NCBI GenBank assembly: GCA_023248535.1
Contig: JAHFEJ010000003.1
Span: 29,403 to 93,402 of the forward strand
DNA from: Nitrospinales bacterium
GTDB taxonomy: Bacteria > Nitrospinota_A > UBA7883 > JACRGQ01
DNA length: 64,000 bases
Direction: 5' to 3'
Positions within the stretch are counted from its first letter, which is position 1, and every line of letters begins with the position of its first letter. The translations under genes and the position numbers were made by a program. Below are positions 9,874 through 20,988 of the stretch, piece by piece. The notes below the pieces were generated by a model that saw only the letters and a list, made by a program, of their open reading frames with translations, searched no databases and was not told where the DNA came from.

Positions 9874-9952
9874 TGGTGGGCCCACCAGGACTCGAACCTG
9901 GGACAGCCCGGTTATGAGCCGGGAGCTCTAACCAACTGAGCTATAGGCCCAC
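9874..9952 (-). tRNA. tRNA-Met (anticodon CAU), CCA-encoded.
   Basis: Reverse complement reads GTGGGCCTATAGCTCAGTTGGTTAGAGCTCCCGGCTCATAACCGGG...GGTTCGAGTCCTGGTGGGCCCACCA, a cloverleaf with a CAT anticodon. Confidence 0.9.
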
Positions 9953-9996
9953 ACAATAAAAAAGAGCCGCGCGCCGTTGGCTGGCGCGGCGGCTCT
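9953..9996 (-). terminator. Intrinsic terminator between rpoD and tRNA-Met.
   Basis: GC-rich hairpin agagccgcgcgcc/ggcgcggcggctct, followed on the minus strand by TTTTTTAT. Confidence 0.5.
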
Positions 9997-10002
9997 TGAC
10001 GT

Positions 10003-11721
<1,719 letters not shown>

Positions 11722-11801
11722 ATCAAATTGGATCCTTATTAAATAAGGGTTCTCGATGAAAAATAAGAGATTAACGTACCATAAAATTCAGGCTCAAACA
11801 A

Positions 11802-13529
11802 TCATTCTTTCCGCTCCAGATTGTTAAACGCCTGGCGTTTCTTATCGGCAATATCCTCTTTTCGCATACGTTCGCCATCACGTTTTTTGAGGAAGTCATT
11901 GATAATTTGACTCTTTCTTCCTTCGTCCTCGTCACGTGTCTCCATTATTAGAGCCCGCATATTCCCTTTAAGTTCCAGATTGGGGCAACTTTCTATCAAT
12001 TCGCCGGTGGAGGTTCCCCCTTTTATCGCAAGTTCCGCCTGAAAATGCTCCAGCATCCGCCGGTATTCGGGGGTATGTAAATCTTCCGCTTTGAGGGACG
12101 CCAGCGGTCCGGCCAGCGTTTCCGGGAAATTCAGGATGATCTGGACGATCCATTTTTCCATCGGCGAGGCTGGGCGCGGCGGACGGCGGGCCGGTGGGGG
12201 CGTAGCAGGGGCGCCCTGGGCCGCTTGCGCTTGTGGCGGGGTGTGGCGGGGGGTAGTGCTCCTGATCTGTCCGCTGATGGCGGAGGCCGGTATACCGGTC
12301 CGCTCGGAGAGAAGCTCCACATAGCTGGCCCGCTCTATCGGGCCGGCAACGCGGGAAAGCTCCGGCAATAATGAGCGGATGGCGTCCGCTTTTCCCTCGG
12401 GCGTTGCGACATCGAATTTGCGGCAGGCCTGTTCTATCAGGTAGGTCATATAGGGGCGCGCGTTTTTCACGATCTCTTCAAACGCCGCCGGGCCTCCCTG
12501 CTTTATCAGGTCGTCGGGATCCACCCCGCCGGGGAGCATCGCCACGCTGGGGCGGATTTCGAGCTCGGCGGCCACTTCGGTGGCGCGTGCGGCGGCGCGG
12601 CGGCCGGCTTCGTCGCCGTCAAAGATCATGACCAGGTTGTGGGTGTACCGCTTGAGCGCGCGGCACTGCTGCGCCGTGAATGCGGTGCCGGAGGTGGCGG
12701 CTACATTTTCAAAGCCGCCCTGGTGCAGCGCGATGGCATCCATGTACCCTTCCACGATCATTATCCGGTTGGCGGCGCGGGCCTTGGCGGCGGCGAAGTT
12801 GAGCGCGTAGAGCACGCGCGATTTGTTGTAGGCCGGCGTTTCGGGGGAATTAAGGTATTTCGGCCCCTTTTCATCGTCCGCCAGCGCCCGTCCGCCAAAG
12901 GCGATCACCCGGTTATGCTCGTCCATTATCGGGAAAATGAGACGGTTGCGGAACCGGTCGATCGGGTTCCCGGCGGAAGAGAGCTTGGTCAGCCCCGCTT
13001 TGCCGATTTCATTGAGGGTGATTTTTTTGTCGACGAGGTGGCGGTAGAGCGAATCCCACGCGTCCGGGGCGTAGCCGATGCGGAATTTTTCAACCGTCTC
13101 AGCGGCCAGCGCCCGTTTTTTAATGTATTCGGCCACGAACGGGGGGGCGTTCTTGAGCTGCTGTTGGTAAAACTCGGCGGCCATTTTGTTGATGTTGTAT
13201 ATGTACGAGTTGTCTTCCCCCTCCTTGTCGCGCGGCAGGGGGATGCCGGCGCGCGCGGCCAGCAACGCCAGCGCATCGGGAAAGCTCATGTTTTCGTGCT
13301 TCATCACGAAGGTGATAACGTTTCCCCCTTCGCCGCAGCCGAAGCAGTGCCATATCTGGCGCGCCGGGTTGACATTGAACGAGGGGCTTTTTTCGGTGTG
13401 AAACGGGCAGCGCGCGGTGAAATTCGCCCCGCTTTTCTTAAGGGGAAGGTAGGAGGAAACGACATCGACGATATCGGCCGCTTCGCGGATGCGGTCGATC
13501 AACTCCTGCGGATACAGACCCGCCATCAT
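11802..13529 (-). CDS. dnaG: DNA primase DnaG.
   Basis: CHC2 zinc finger CPFHTEKSPSFNVNPARQIWHCFGCG, a TOPRIM domain, and operon context. Confidence 0.95.
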   Translation of the reverse strand: MMAGLYPQELIDRIREAADIVDVVSSYLPLKKSGANFTARCPFHTEKSPSFNVNPARQIWHCFGCGEGGNVITFVMKHENMSFPDALALLAARAGIPLPRDKEGEDNSYIYNINKMAAEFYQQQLKNAPPFVAEYIKKRALAAETVEKFRIGYAPDAWDSLYRHLVDKKITLNEIGKAGLTKLSSAGNPIDRFRNRLIFPIMDEHNRVIAFGGRALADDEKGPKYLNSPETPAYNKSRVLYALNFAAAKARAANRIMIVEGYMDAIALHQGGFENVAATSGTAFTAQQCRALKRYTHNLVMIFDGDEAGRRAAARATEVAAELEIRPSVAMLPGGVDPDDLIKQGGPAAFEEIVKNARPYMTYLIEQACRKFDVATPEGKADAIRSLLPELSRVAGPIERASYVELLSERTGIPASAISGQIRSTTPRHTPPQAQAAQGAPATPPPARRPPRPASPMEKWIVQIILNFPETLAGPLASLKAEDLHTPEYRRMLEHFQAELAIKGGTSTGELIESCPNLELKGNMRALIMETRDEDEGRKSQIINDFLKKRDGERMRKEDIADKKRQAFNNLERKE

Positions 13530-13636
13530 CGCCCCTTTCCCGCAGGCTGTCGAAAAAAGTCCGTGACTGCACTCGGAATGACATGCATAAAAAGCTTCTC
13601 AACGCCCAACTGGCGGATACCGGAGCCGCCCACGGC

Positions 13637-14086
13637 TCATTTCCCGGAGAGGACTTCTTTCACCAGGCGGCTCACCACGGCCCCATCGGCCTGTTTGCCG
13701 ATCTCCGCCATAACCCCCTTCATAACCTGCCCCATCTGCTTGATGTCGGGGTTGCCCATGGCGGCGGCGACGGCTTTCACCTTTTCGCGGATTTCGGCTT
13801 CGCCGAGTTGGGTGGGGAGGTAGCGCGTAAGGTATTCCACCTCTTGCTGCTCTTTTTCGGCCAGTTCCGGCCGGTTCCCCTTGGTGAACATTTCGACCGA
13901 TTCGCGGCGCTTTTTGATGGCGCTGGAGATCACGGCCAATACTTCCGTGTCGTCCAGCGCCGTTTTCTTTTCGATCTCGCGGTTCTTTATCTCGGATTTC
14001 ACCATGCGCAGCACTTCCACGGCCGCTTTGTCCTGGCCCTTGAAAGCGGCCTTAAAGTCCTCTTCGATCCGTGCTTTCAGCGGCAT
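13637..14086 (-). CDS. yqeY: GatB/YqeY-domain protein.
   Basis: Full-length similarity to the YqeY family. Canonical position between rpsU and dnaG. Confidence 0.85.
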   Translation of the reverse strand: MPLKARIEEDFKAAFKGQDKAAVEVLRMVKSEIKNREIEKKTALDDTEVLAVISSAIKKRRESVEMFTKGNRPELAEKEQQEVEYLTRYLPTQLGEAEIREKVKAVAAAMGNPDIKQMGQVMKGVMAEIGKQADGAVVSRLVKEVLSGK

Positions 14087-14106
14087 GTGAAACCCCTTTT
14101 CCGCGA

Positions 14107-14289
14107 TTAATAGCGGCTGTATTTCTTTTTCCGCGCCGCGATGATCTTCTTTTTCTTCTTCACGGACGGTTTTTCGTAATGCTCACGCTTGCGAATTTCG
14201 GACAATACGCCGATTTTTTCACACTGCTTCTTGAAACGTTTCAGCGCAAGCTCAAACGGCTCGCTTTCCCGTACTTTTATACCGGGCAA
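14107..14289 (-). CDS. rpsU: 30S ribosomal protein S21, with a TTG start.
   Basis: (M)[27 protein letters not shown]... matches S21. The RBS aggggtga lies 7 nt upstream of the TTG. Confidence 0.9.
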   Translation of the reverse strand: MPGIKVRESEPFELALKRFKKQCEKIGVLSEIRKREHYEKPSVKKKKKIIAARKKKYSRY

Positions 14290-15378
14290 ACAACTCACCC
14301 CTCTCAATTATTTAATAATAACGGCTACAAGGTTAACGTAACGATTTCTGCGCCTTTTCCCATCAATGGGAAAAAGTGATACTAACATAGCCCGTAAGGG
14401 CGCGCAACGCTTAAAAAGTGAAATGCGGCTTTCGGGGCGGTTTTTTAAATTATGGAAAATAATTGATTAACTGCGCTAAAAAAAACGATGTTGGGATAAT
14501 CGATTCCGCATCGCTTAAAGGCTTTATCAATAGAAAAATATCTATTGATGCGTTGTCTGTTGGTTGGCGGGCTGGCAACAATTGAGGATATTGTTATAGT
14601 AGCGGCGACCTGTTCCCGTGGCAATATTGCTTGGTAGTTCAAGGCATTGTCTCTTGTTATGGCATTGCTGGTTAGTCTCGGTGAGGTGGTTGGGCGTAGA
14701 GCGGAGCTTCATGGGAAGGTTGAAAATACAATCGATCCGGCAAATGCTTAATAAGTCCTATTTGTCATAGGTTATTTTCTATGCGTTCCCGGCTGTTTTG
14801 TCCTGCCATATTGTTGGTGGTTTTTCAAAGCGAATTTAGGGCGAATGTATTTAATGCGCCAATGTAAGGCCTGGCGTCCCTAGACGGATAGATATTAATC
14901 AATTCGTATCACTTATCAAATGGTAAGCAAGTGTGCATCTAATTGTAATGACAATGTAAATTAGCCTGATACGATGTTGGTAATTTAAGGATCATAAGTG
15001 GGTCGACTCTAATTTTGGGCGGCTATGATTGATTTCTTTTAAACAAAGCGACTCCAAATTCCCTGATACCAACATTGCGAAGTAGCTAAAAATGGCTTGC
15101 GGAGGTTGTGAATGTATAGATATTAATGGATATGATGAGGGGCCTATGAGCCGACCCCGCCTTTTTTAAAGGGCGGTGTTGCCCGATGCCGTTTGAAGCG
15201 GAAAACAAGTCTGAAAAGGATTAGGCCGTGGCCGCTTTTTCTCTGGAAAAGATTTTCTCAAACTCGTTGAGGGCCTAGATCAGCAATGATGCCGATGCGC
15301 CCAACACTGGGCCGCCGCACGGCATTATGGTCACGCCGGAGGCTTCGGGGATTTCCTGGCGTGAGGGAGGGGAAAGTA

Positions 15379-15723
15379 TCAGCCGGGGGGCCAGTGCATC
15401 GGTCTTCCCCCCAGCAGGTGCATATGGAGGTGGAAAATCGTTTGCCCGCCATGAACCCCTTGGTTGACAACCAGTCTGAAGCCGTTATTTTCAAGCCCCT
15501 TCTTTTTGACCACTTCACGCGTGACGTGATACATGTCGTTGAGCAGCTCTTTATCGTCCTGTCCAAGGCTGGTGACGCCATCCACATGCTTTTTGGGGAG
15601 TATGAGATAGTGTTTTGGCGCCTGGGGGAATTTATCTTCTATAACGAGTATGGTGTCGGTTTCAAATATTTTATCGGACGGCAATGCCCCCGCGATAACT
15701 TTGCAAAAAATACAATTTTCCAT
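15379..15723 (-). CDS. HIT-family (histidine triad) nucleotide hydrolase.
   Basis: HIT motif HLHMHLLGG. The start is placed at MENCIFCKV. Confidence 0.85.
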   Translation of the reverse strand: MENCIFCKVIAGALPSDKIFETDTILVIEDKFPQAPKHYLILPKKHVDGVTSLGQDDKELLNDMYHVTREVVKKKGLENNGFRLVVNQGVHGGQTIFHLHMHLLGGRPMHWPPG

Positions 15724-15948
15724 AGTCTTCTTTATCCCCCGATTTACTTCATATCCTATTGCCATTTTACCTGTTTTGGGCATCAAAATTTAATTGCGGC
15801 AGGAGATGTGGAAACGTATTGAATCATGGCATCGCTGTAAAAAAGGGCGTGTTGCCACGCCGATGCCCGTTGGCGTACAATTAGCGCGGTTAAGGACAAG
15901 GGAGGACGCGCCCCCTGGCGCTTCGCGATATCAACTGACGGAGGAGTA

Positions 15949-16410
15949 ATGAACGCCGAACTTATCAATCCATTCCTGAAAGCAACCGTGAACGTTCTGT
16001 CCATGATGGCGTTTGTTAAGCCGGTGCCGGGAAAACCGTTTTTAAAGCATGACAACAAGGCGCAGGGGGATATCTCCGGCGTTATCGGCATGACCGGGCA
16101 CGCCCGGGGAGTGGTGGTGTTCAGCCTGTCTGAAGGGGCGGCGTTGAAAATTGTTTCTTCAATGTTGTCGGAAAGCTTTACCGAGCTTAATGCCGAGGTG
16201 AGCGACGCCGTTGGCGAACTTACCAACATGATATCCGGCGATGCCCGGCGCGAATTGGCCACCAAGGGGTTCAAATTCGAGGCCGGCCTGCCAAGCATTA
16301 TCAAAGGCAAAGGGCATATCGTCGAAAGCATGACCAAAGGGCCCACTATCGCCATTCCGTTCGACATCGATGGCGCCGCATTTGTTGTGGAAACCAGCTT
16401 TGAAGGGTAA
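15949..16410 (+). CDS. cheX: Chemotaxis phosphatase CheX-family protein.
   Basis: CheX/CheC-like fold signature (GDISGVIGMTG...VVFSLSE...ISGDARRELATKGF). Confidence 0.75.
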   Translation: MNAELINPFLKATVNVLSMMAFVKPVPGKPFLKHDNKAQGDISGVIGMTGHARGVVVFSLSEGAALKIVSSMLSESFTELNAEVSDAVGELTNMISGDARRELATKGFKFEAGLPSIIKGKGHIVESMTKGPTIAIPFDIDGAAFVVETSFEG

Positions 16411-16573
16411 TATACCCCTTATTTGATTGTTCCGCGGCAAGCTGATGGCAGCATGTAACAAAAGGAGTGTGCCGGACAAAATGGATACAATGCGTAAATT
16501 CGCGGTGGCTGATTTGGTGTCGCGGAACCTATCCGGTGCTTCTGTCCCTCAAGGAGCTTGAAGCGTAATACCC

Positions 16574-17437
16574 ATGAATTCAGCCATGCAGGAGCAAAGC
16601 GCCAAACTGGCCATTTTGGTCGTCGATGACGAGGAAAATATCCGCAACGTGCTGGAAACCGTTTTTACCAGCAAGGGATACGGCGTCATCAAGGCCGCCA
16701 ACGGTTTCGAGGCGATCAAGGTGGTCGAGAATGCAAGGGTCGATCTCGCCATCATTGACATCAAGATGCCGGGAATGGATGGCATGGAGCTGCTCTCCCG
16801 CATTAAAGAGCATTCCAGCGAGTTTCCGGTCGTTGTCATGACCGGTTTTGCCGATGTCGAGACCACCGCCAAGGCCCTCAAAGCGGGGGCTTCCGATTTT
16901 CTTGCGAAGCCGTTTGGCGCCCAGGAGGTATTTCATTCCGTCTCGCGCCTGCTCGAGACCCGCAAGGTGCGCCAGGAAAACCGCAAAATCCTCCCTTTCT
17001 TTAAATTCAAATTGGAAGGGGATATCCCCTCGCGCACGGAAAACATCAACGGCGCCATCCACTACCTCACGGGACCTCTTAAGGATGTCGAGTTGTGTGA
17101 ATCATCGGAGCTGTCCAACCTCGTCATCGCCCTGTACGAGGCGATCGTGAACAGCATGCGCCACGGCAACGGCGGCGATCCCGGGAAGAAGGTTCGGGTT
17201 AGGGCGGAAATCGACTATAACGAGGCGCGCTTCGTCATCGCCGATGAGGGAGATGGGTTCTCTTTGGATGGCATTGCCAATCCGACCGACCCCAAGAACC
17301 TTTACAAGAGCAGCGGCCGGGGCATTTACCTCATGAAGCATTTCATGGACGAGGTCTCTTATAACGACCAAGGGAACGAAGTGACCTTGGTCAAACGGAG
17401 GAAGGGCGGGGCGCGGCCGGTGCCGGGAGAGGCCTGA
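16574..17437 (+). CDS. Response-regulator receiver domain fused to an RsbW/SpoIIAB-type serine-protein-kinase (HATPase_c_2) domain.
   Basis: REC residues (DD..D..K). C-terminal N-box YEAIVNSMRHG, G1 box ADEGDGF and G2 box GRGIYLM. Confidence 0.75.
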   Translation: MNSAMQEQSAKLAILVVDDEENIRNVLETVFTSKGYGVIKAANGFEAIKVVENARVDLAIIDIKMPGMDGMELLSRIKEHSSEFPVVVMTGFADVETTAKALKAGASDFLAKPFGAQEVFHSVSRLLETRKVRQENRKILPFFKFKLEGDIPSRTENINGAIHYLTGPLKDVELCESSELSNLVIALYEAIVNSMRHGNGGDPGKKVRVRAEIDYNEARFVIADEGDGFSLDGIANPTDPKNLYKSSGRGIYLMKHFMDEVSYNDQGNEVTLVKRRKGGARPVPGEA

Positions 17438-17438
17438 C

Positions 17439-18176
17439 ATGCCCGCGAGGCTGGTGGCCGTTCCCGTGTACAGCGAAGAACGGTATATCACGCGCGTGAT
17501 GGAACGCATACGCGAGTTCCACAAGGGCGATATACTTGTAATTGACGACGGTTCCCCCGACCGCTCCGGCGAAATCCTCCGTTCGATCCCCGGTATCGGC
17601 CTCATCAGCCACCCGGTCAACCGGGGATACGGCGCCTCGCTTATCGACGCATTCAATTACGCCATTGCCAACGGATATGATCAACTCATCACCATCGATT
17701 GCGATGAACAGCATGAACCCCGGCATATCCCCGCGTTGTTCCGCCGCCTTGAACGGGGCGGCGTGGACATAGTTTCCTGCTCGCGCTATCTCCAATCCAG
17801 CGCCGCGGATGACGCCCCGCCGAAGGACCGCTTCGCCATCAATAAAAAGATGACGGAGATGATCAACGGCATTACCGGCTACGGCCTCACCGACAGCTTC
17901 TGCGGCATGAAGGGGTACCGCGTGGCGGTATTGACGCCGCTCCGGCTGACCGAAAACGGTTATGCATTCCCATTGCAGTTTTGGGTGCAGGCATTTCATT
18001 TCGGGCTGACGGTGGAGGAATTCCCGATAGCGCGGATTTATAAAAACCTTGACCGGAAGTTCGGCGGCGAATTGGACGATCCACAACGGCGTTTTAACCA
18101 CTATTTTGAAGTGTTGCGGAAGGAGCTTGCCCAATGGTCGATATCCTTGCCGTCGGAATTCATCCCGACGATATAG
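17439..18176 (+). CDS. Family-2 glycosyltransferase (DPM1-like).
   Basis: ILVIDDGSPDRS...ITIDCDEQHEP motifs. Confidence 0.75.
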   Translation: MPARLVAVPVYSEERYITRVMERIREFHKGDILVIDDGSPDRSGEILRSIPGIGLISHPVNRGYGASLIDAFNYAIANGYDQLITIDCDEQHEPRHIPALFRRLERGGVDIVSCSRYLQSSAADDAPPKDRFAINKKMTEMINGITGYGLTDSFCGMKGYRVAVLTPLRLTENGYAFPLQFWVQAFHFGLTVEEFPIARIYKNLDRKFGGELDDPQRRFNHYFEVLRKELAQWSISLPSEFIPTI

Positions 18177-18826
18177 AACTGGGGGCCGGCGCCACTCTGG
18201 CCGCGCTGATCCGCCAGGGAAGAAACGTGGCGGCGCTCGACCTCACCAACGGCGAGCCGACCCCGCACGGCACGCCGGAACTGCGGCGCGCGGAGACCGC
18301 GCGGGCCAACGAAATACTTGGCCTTACCCAACGGCTTAATCTGGGACTGCCCAACCGCTGGCTGCGCGATACCGAAGAAAGGCGCATAGCCATTGCGGAA
18401 GTCTACCGCCAGTTGCAGCCGAAGGTATTGCTGCTGCCGCATTGGGAAGACGCCCATCCGGATCATGTGGCGGCTTCGGAGATGGCGCAGGCGGCCCGCT
18501 TCATCGCCAAGTACACCAAAACGGAAATGAAGGGGGAGCCTTATTACGTGCCACGCGTGTTCTTCTATTTCTGCATCCATCTCAAAAAGCTGGTAACGCC
18601 GTCGTTTATTTTCGATGTTTCCGAAACCCTGGAGACCAAGCTTCAGGCGGTGGCGGCATACCACTCCCAGTTCTACGCCGGGGGGAAGGAAAGGGGCGAT
18701 GAGCTGATTGCCCGGCTCCGCGCGCAGGCCGGATACTATGGCGGGCTTATCCGCGTCCGCTATGGCGAGCCGTTTTTCGCGGTGGAAGAACTGGGCGTTC
18801 GCTCGTTCGACCCGTTTTTATTATGA
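18134..18826 (+). CDS. PIG-L/LmbE-family N-acetylglucosaminyl deacetylase (BshB/MshB-like).
   Basis: AVGIHPDDIELGAGAT...DLTNGE...HPDH zinc-binding motifs. Confidence 0.8.
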   Translation: MVDILAVGIHPDDIELGAGATLAALIRQGRNVAALDLTNGEPTPHGTPELRRAETARANEILGLTQRLNLGLPNRWLRDTEERRIAIAEVYRQLQPKVLLLPHWEDAHPDHVAASEMAQAARFIAKYTKTEMKGEPYYVPRVFFYFCIHLKKLVTPSFIFDVSETLETKLQAVAAYHSQFYAGGKERGDELIARLRAQAGYYGGLIRVRYGEPFFAVEELGVRSFDPFLL

Positions 18827-20295
18827 CCTTGGCCACGCCCGCTTCAGGGGAACGGCTGACGCTGCCGCCGTTTGAACACTGGGAGGCGGCGGCGCGGGAA
18901 AATGGCGTGGCGTTTAAGCCGCTGGTCCCGTTGCGTGATGCCATGCGCCGGGCCGCCCTTGAATCGGCGGAGCGTTATACCCGGCGGCTCGGCCTGCCGG
19001 TTTCTTCCGCCGCTCCCGGCTTGCCTTTGGTGATGGCGGGGCATCAGCCCTCCTTTTATCATCCCGGCGTTTTGTACAAATACCGGCTGCTGGCGGAAGC
19101 CGCCGCGCGTGGAATGACGGCGATCAACCTCAATGTGGATACCGATCCGTCGGAAGGGTTTTTGGTCAAAGTCCCTTCATTTTCCGGCGGAGAGTACCGG
19201 CGGATTGCACATTACGCCGCCCCCGCCGCGGCGAACATGCTTTATTTGGATGCTCCCGTGCGGGAGGGGGAGATTACCGCTTTCGCCGAAAACGTGCTGC
19301 GCGACCTCCGCTCGATACCGGAGCGGATTTTCAGTTTTGGCGAGATATTTGCGGAAACGGAATTGCGGCGCGAACTCCCGCCGCTGATGGCCGATGCCGC
19401 GGTGCATCTGCGGCGGACGTACACGTCGCATTGGCCGGGGGGGGTGTTGGAACTGCCGCTGTCGGAACTTTGCCGCACGGAGCCGTTTTTCACTTTTGCG
19501 TTCGGTCTCTTGACGCGCGCGCCGGAGGCGGCGGCAATTTTCAACGAGACGCTGGCGGCCTACCGTGCCGAACATGGGATACGATCGAAGGCAAACCCTT
19601 TTCCCGATCTTGCCTCGGATGGGCAGGCTGTGGAGACCCTTTTTTGGGTGTGCAAAAACGGTGTTCGCCAGCCGCTGTCGGTTGCGATGCGCGGCGGCTT
19701 TCCTGCGTTGCTGGTGGATGGAATGCATGAAATGCGGGATGTGGGGATGTTGCGGGATTTTTGCGGGAAGCGGGAATTGCAGTTGTGGCCCCGCGCAATG
19801 GCTCTTTCGGTTTTGAACCGGCTTTTTGTGGCCGACCTTTTCGTGCACGGCACCGGCGGCGCGAAGTACGACCGCATCACCGACCTGTTTATCTCCCGCT
19901 TCCATGGCATCACCGCGCCGCCATTCGCGGTTGCCAGCGCCACGCTCAAATTGCCGGGGCTGGACGATCCAGCGCCGGGATTGGCCGCGCTGCGGCAACG
20001 GCTGCGGGAGGCCGCCTTCCATCCGGAGCGTTTTTTGGAAAACGCCCCGCCGGCACTGGTGGCGGAAAAGGAAAATCTGCGGGCGGCGATTACCGCGCCG
20101 GGAGCCGATAAAAAGGGGATCGGCAAACGGATCAGCGAAATCAATATCGAGCTTAACAACCTGATGGGGCCGGTGAGGCACGATCTGGAACGGCGCATAG
20201 CGTCGGCGGAAAAGGCGCTGGGCCGCCATGAGGCGCTGGCCGACCGGGAATTCCCCTACTTTTTCTATCCGCCAACGGCAATGCCATCACCGTAA
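18823..20295 (+). CDS. Conserved protein, possibly BshC-like (bacillithiol cysteine-adding enzyme family). Low confidence.
   Basis: The motif LVMAGHQPSFYHPGVLYKYRLL resembles the BshC ...TGQQ.GLLTGPLYTIHK... signature as I recall it from memory. About 490 aa with a helical C-terminus. Translationally coupled to the LmbE-like gene. Confidence 0.4.
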   Translation: MTLATPASGERLTLPPFEHWEAAARENGVAFKPLVPLRDAMRRAALESAERYTRRLGLPVSSAAPGLPLVMAGHQPSFYHPGVLYKYRLLAEAAARGMTAINLNVDTDPSEGFLVKVPSFSGGEYRRIAHYAAPAAANMLYLDAPVREGEITAFAENVLRDLRSIPERIFSFGEIFAETELRRELPPLMADAAVHLRRTYTSHWPGGVLELPLSELCRTEPFFTFAFGLLTRAPEAAAIFNETLAAYRAEHGIRSKANPFPDLASDGQAVETLFWVCKNGVRQPLSVAMRGGFPALLVDGMHEMRDVGMLRDFCGKRELQLWPRAMALSVLNRLFVADLFVHGTGGAKYDRITDLFISRFHGITAPPFAVASATLKLPGLDDPAPGLAALRQRLREAAFHPERFLENAPPALVAEKENLRAAITAPGADKKGIGKRISEINIELNNLMGPVRHDLERRIASAEKALGRHEALADREFPYFFYPPTAMPSP

Positions 20296-20437
20296 AAAGT
20301 ATGCTTAGCGGTTGATTTTGGGGCGGGGATAAAATACCATCTTCTATTACCGTTTAACTCTTAACCTTTAACAGAATCAGGGGTGGATTATTAGCAACGG
20401 AAAAATTGCCGTCGCCTGCGACCACGGCGGGGTCGGG

Positions 20438-20968
20438 ATGAAGAAGTTTGTGGTGGAACTCCTTGAAAAACGGGGGTATGAAGTCGATGACCTGGGCACC
20501 AATTCAACCGACTCGGTGGATTATCCCGACTACGGCCATGTAGTGGCCGAGCGGATCGCTTCGGGCAAGAACGAGCGCGCGGTGCTTATTTGCGGCACCG
20601 GCATCGGCATGAGCATCACCGCCAACCGCCATCAGGGGGTTCGCGCCGCGCTGTGCAACGACCTGTATTCGGCCCGGATGAGCCGCCTGCACAACGATGC
20701 CAACGTGCTGGTTATCGGCGGGCGCGTCATCGGCCCGGCGGTCGCCGAGGAGATCGTGATGACGTGGCTCACCACCGATTTCGAGGGGGGGCGCCACGCC
20801 CGCCGCCTTGAAAAGATAGATACCGCCAATGTGGAAAACGTGGTGAAAAAAGTGGTGACGCATTACCTCGATAAGCATCATGAAGTGGACAGCAAGGCAA
20901 TTGAAAAGATGATCCACGATTCGGTGAACCAGCTATTGAACAGCAAAAAAGAAGATAACAATAAATAA
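20438..20968 (+). CDS. rpiB: Ribose-5-phosphate isomerase B (RpiB/LacAB family). The true start is probably upstream of the first ATG.
   Basis: Conserved N-terminus KIAVACDHGG is encoded in frame upstream (20402-20431) but with no ATG/GTG/TTG. The rest matches RpiB (CGTGIGMSITANR). Confidence 0.85.
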   Translation: MKKFVVELLEKRGYEVDDLGTNSTDSVDYPDYGHVVAERIASGKNERAVLICGTGIGMSITANRHQGVRAALCNDLYSARMSRLHNDANVLVIGGRVIGPAVAEEIVMTWLTTDFEGGRHARRLEKIDTANVENVVKKVVTHYLDKHHEVDSKAIEKMIHDSVNQLLNSKKEDNNK

Positions 20969-20988
20969 TTAATTAAGGAAGGGGCGCC

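Noticed and set aside
9309-9931. Three overlapping plus-strand ORFs (9309-9827, 9392-9931, 9430-9819) across the tRNA-Met repeat region.
   Set aside because: They overlap each other and the tRNA gene, run through the degenerate tandem repeats, and have Arg/Ser/Pro-rich composition. These are spurious ORFs in repeat DNA.
14445-14642. 65-aa ORF inside the AT-rich region upstream of rpsU.
   Set aside because: No RBS, low-complexity composition, and located in obviously non-coding AT-rich DNA.
16481-16561. 26-codon ORF (MDTMRKFAVADLVSRNLSGASVPQGA) between cheX and the REC-RsbW gene.
   Set aside because: Too short and unsupported. Probably part of the promoter/UTR.
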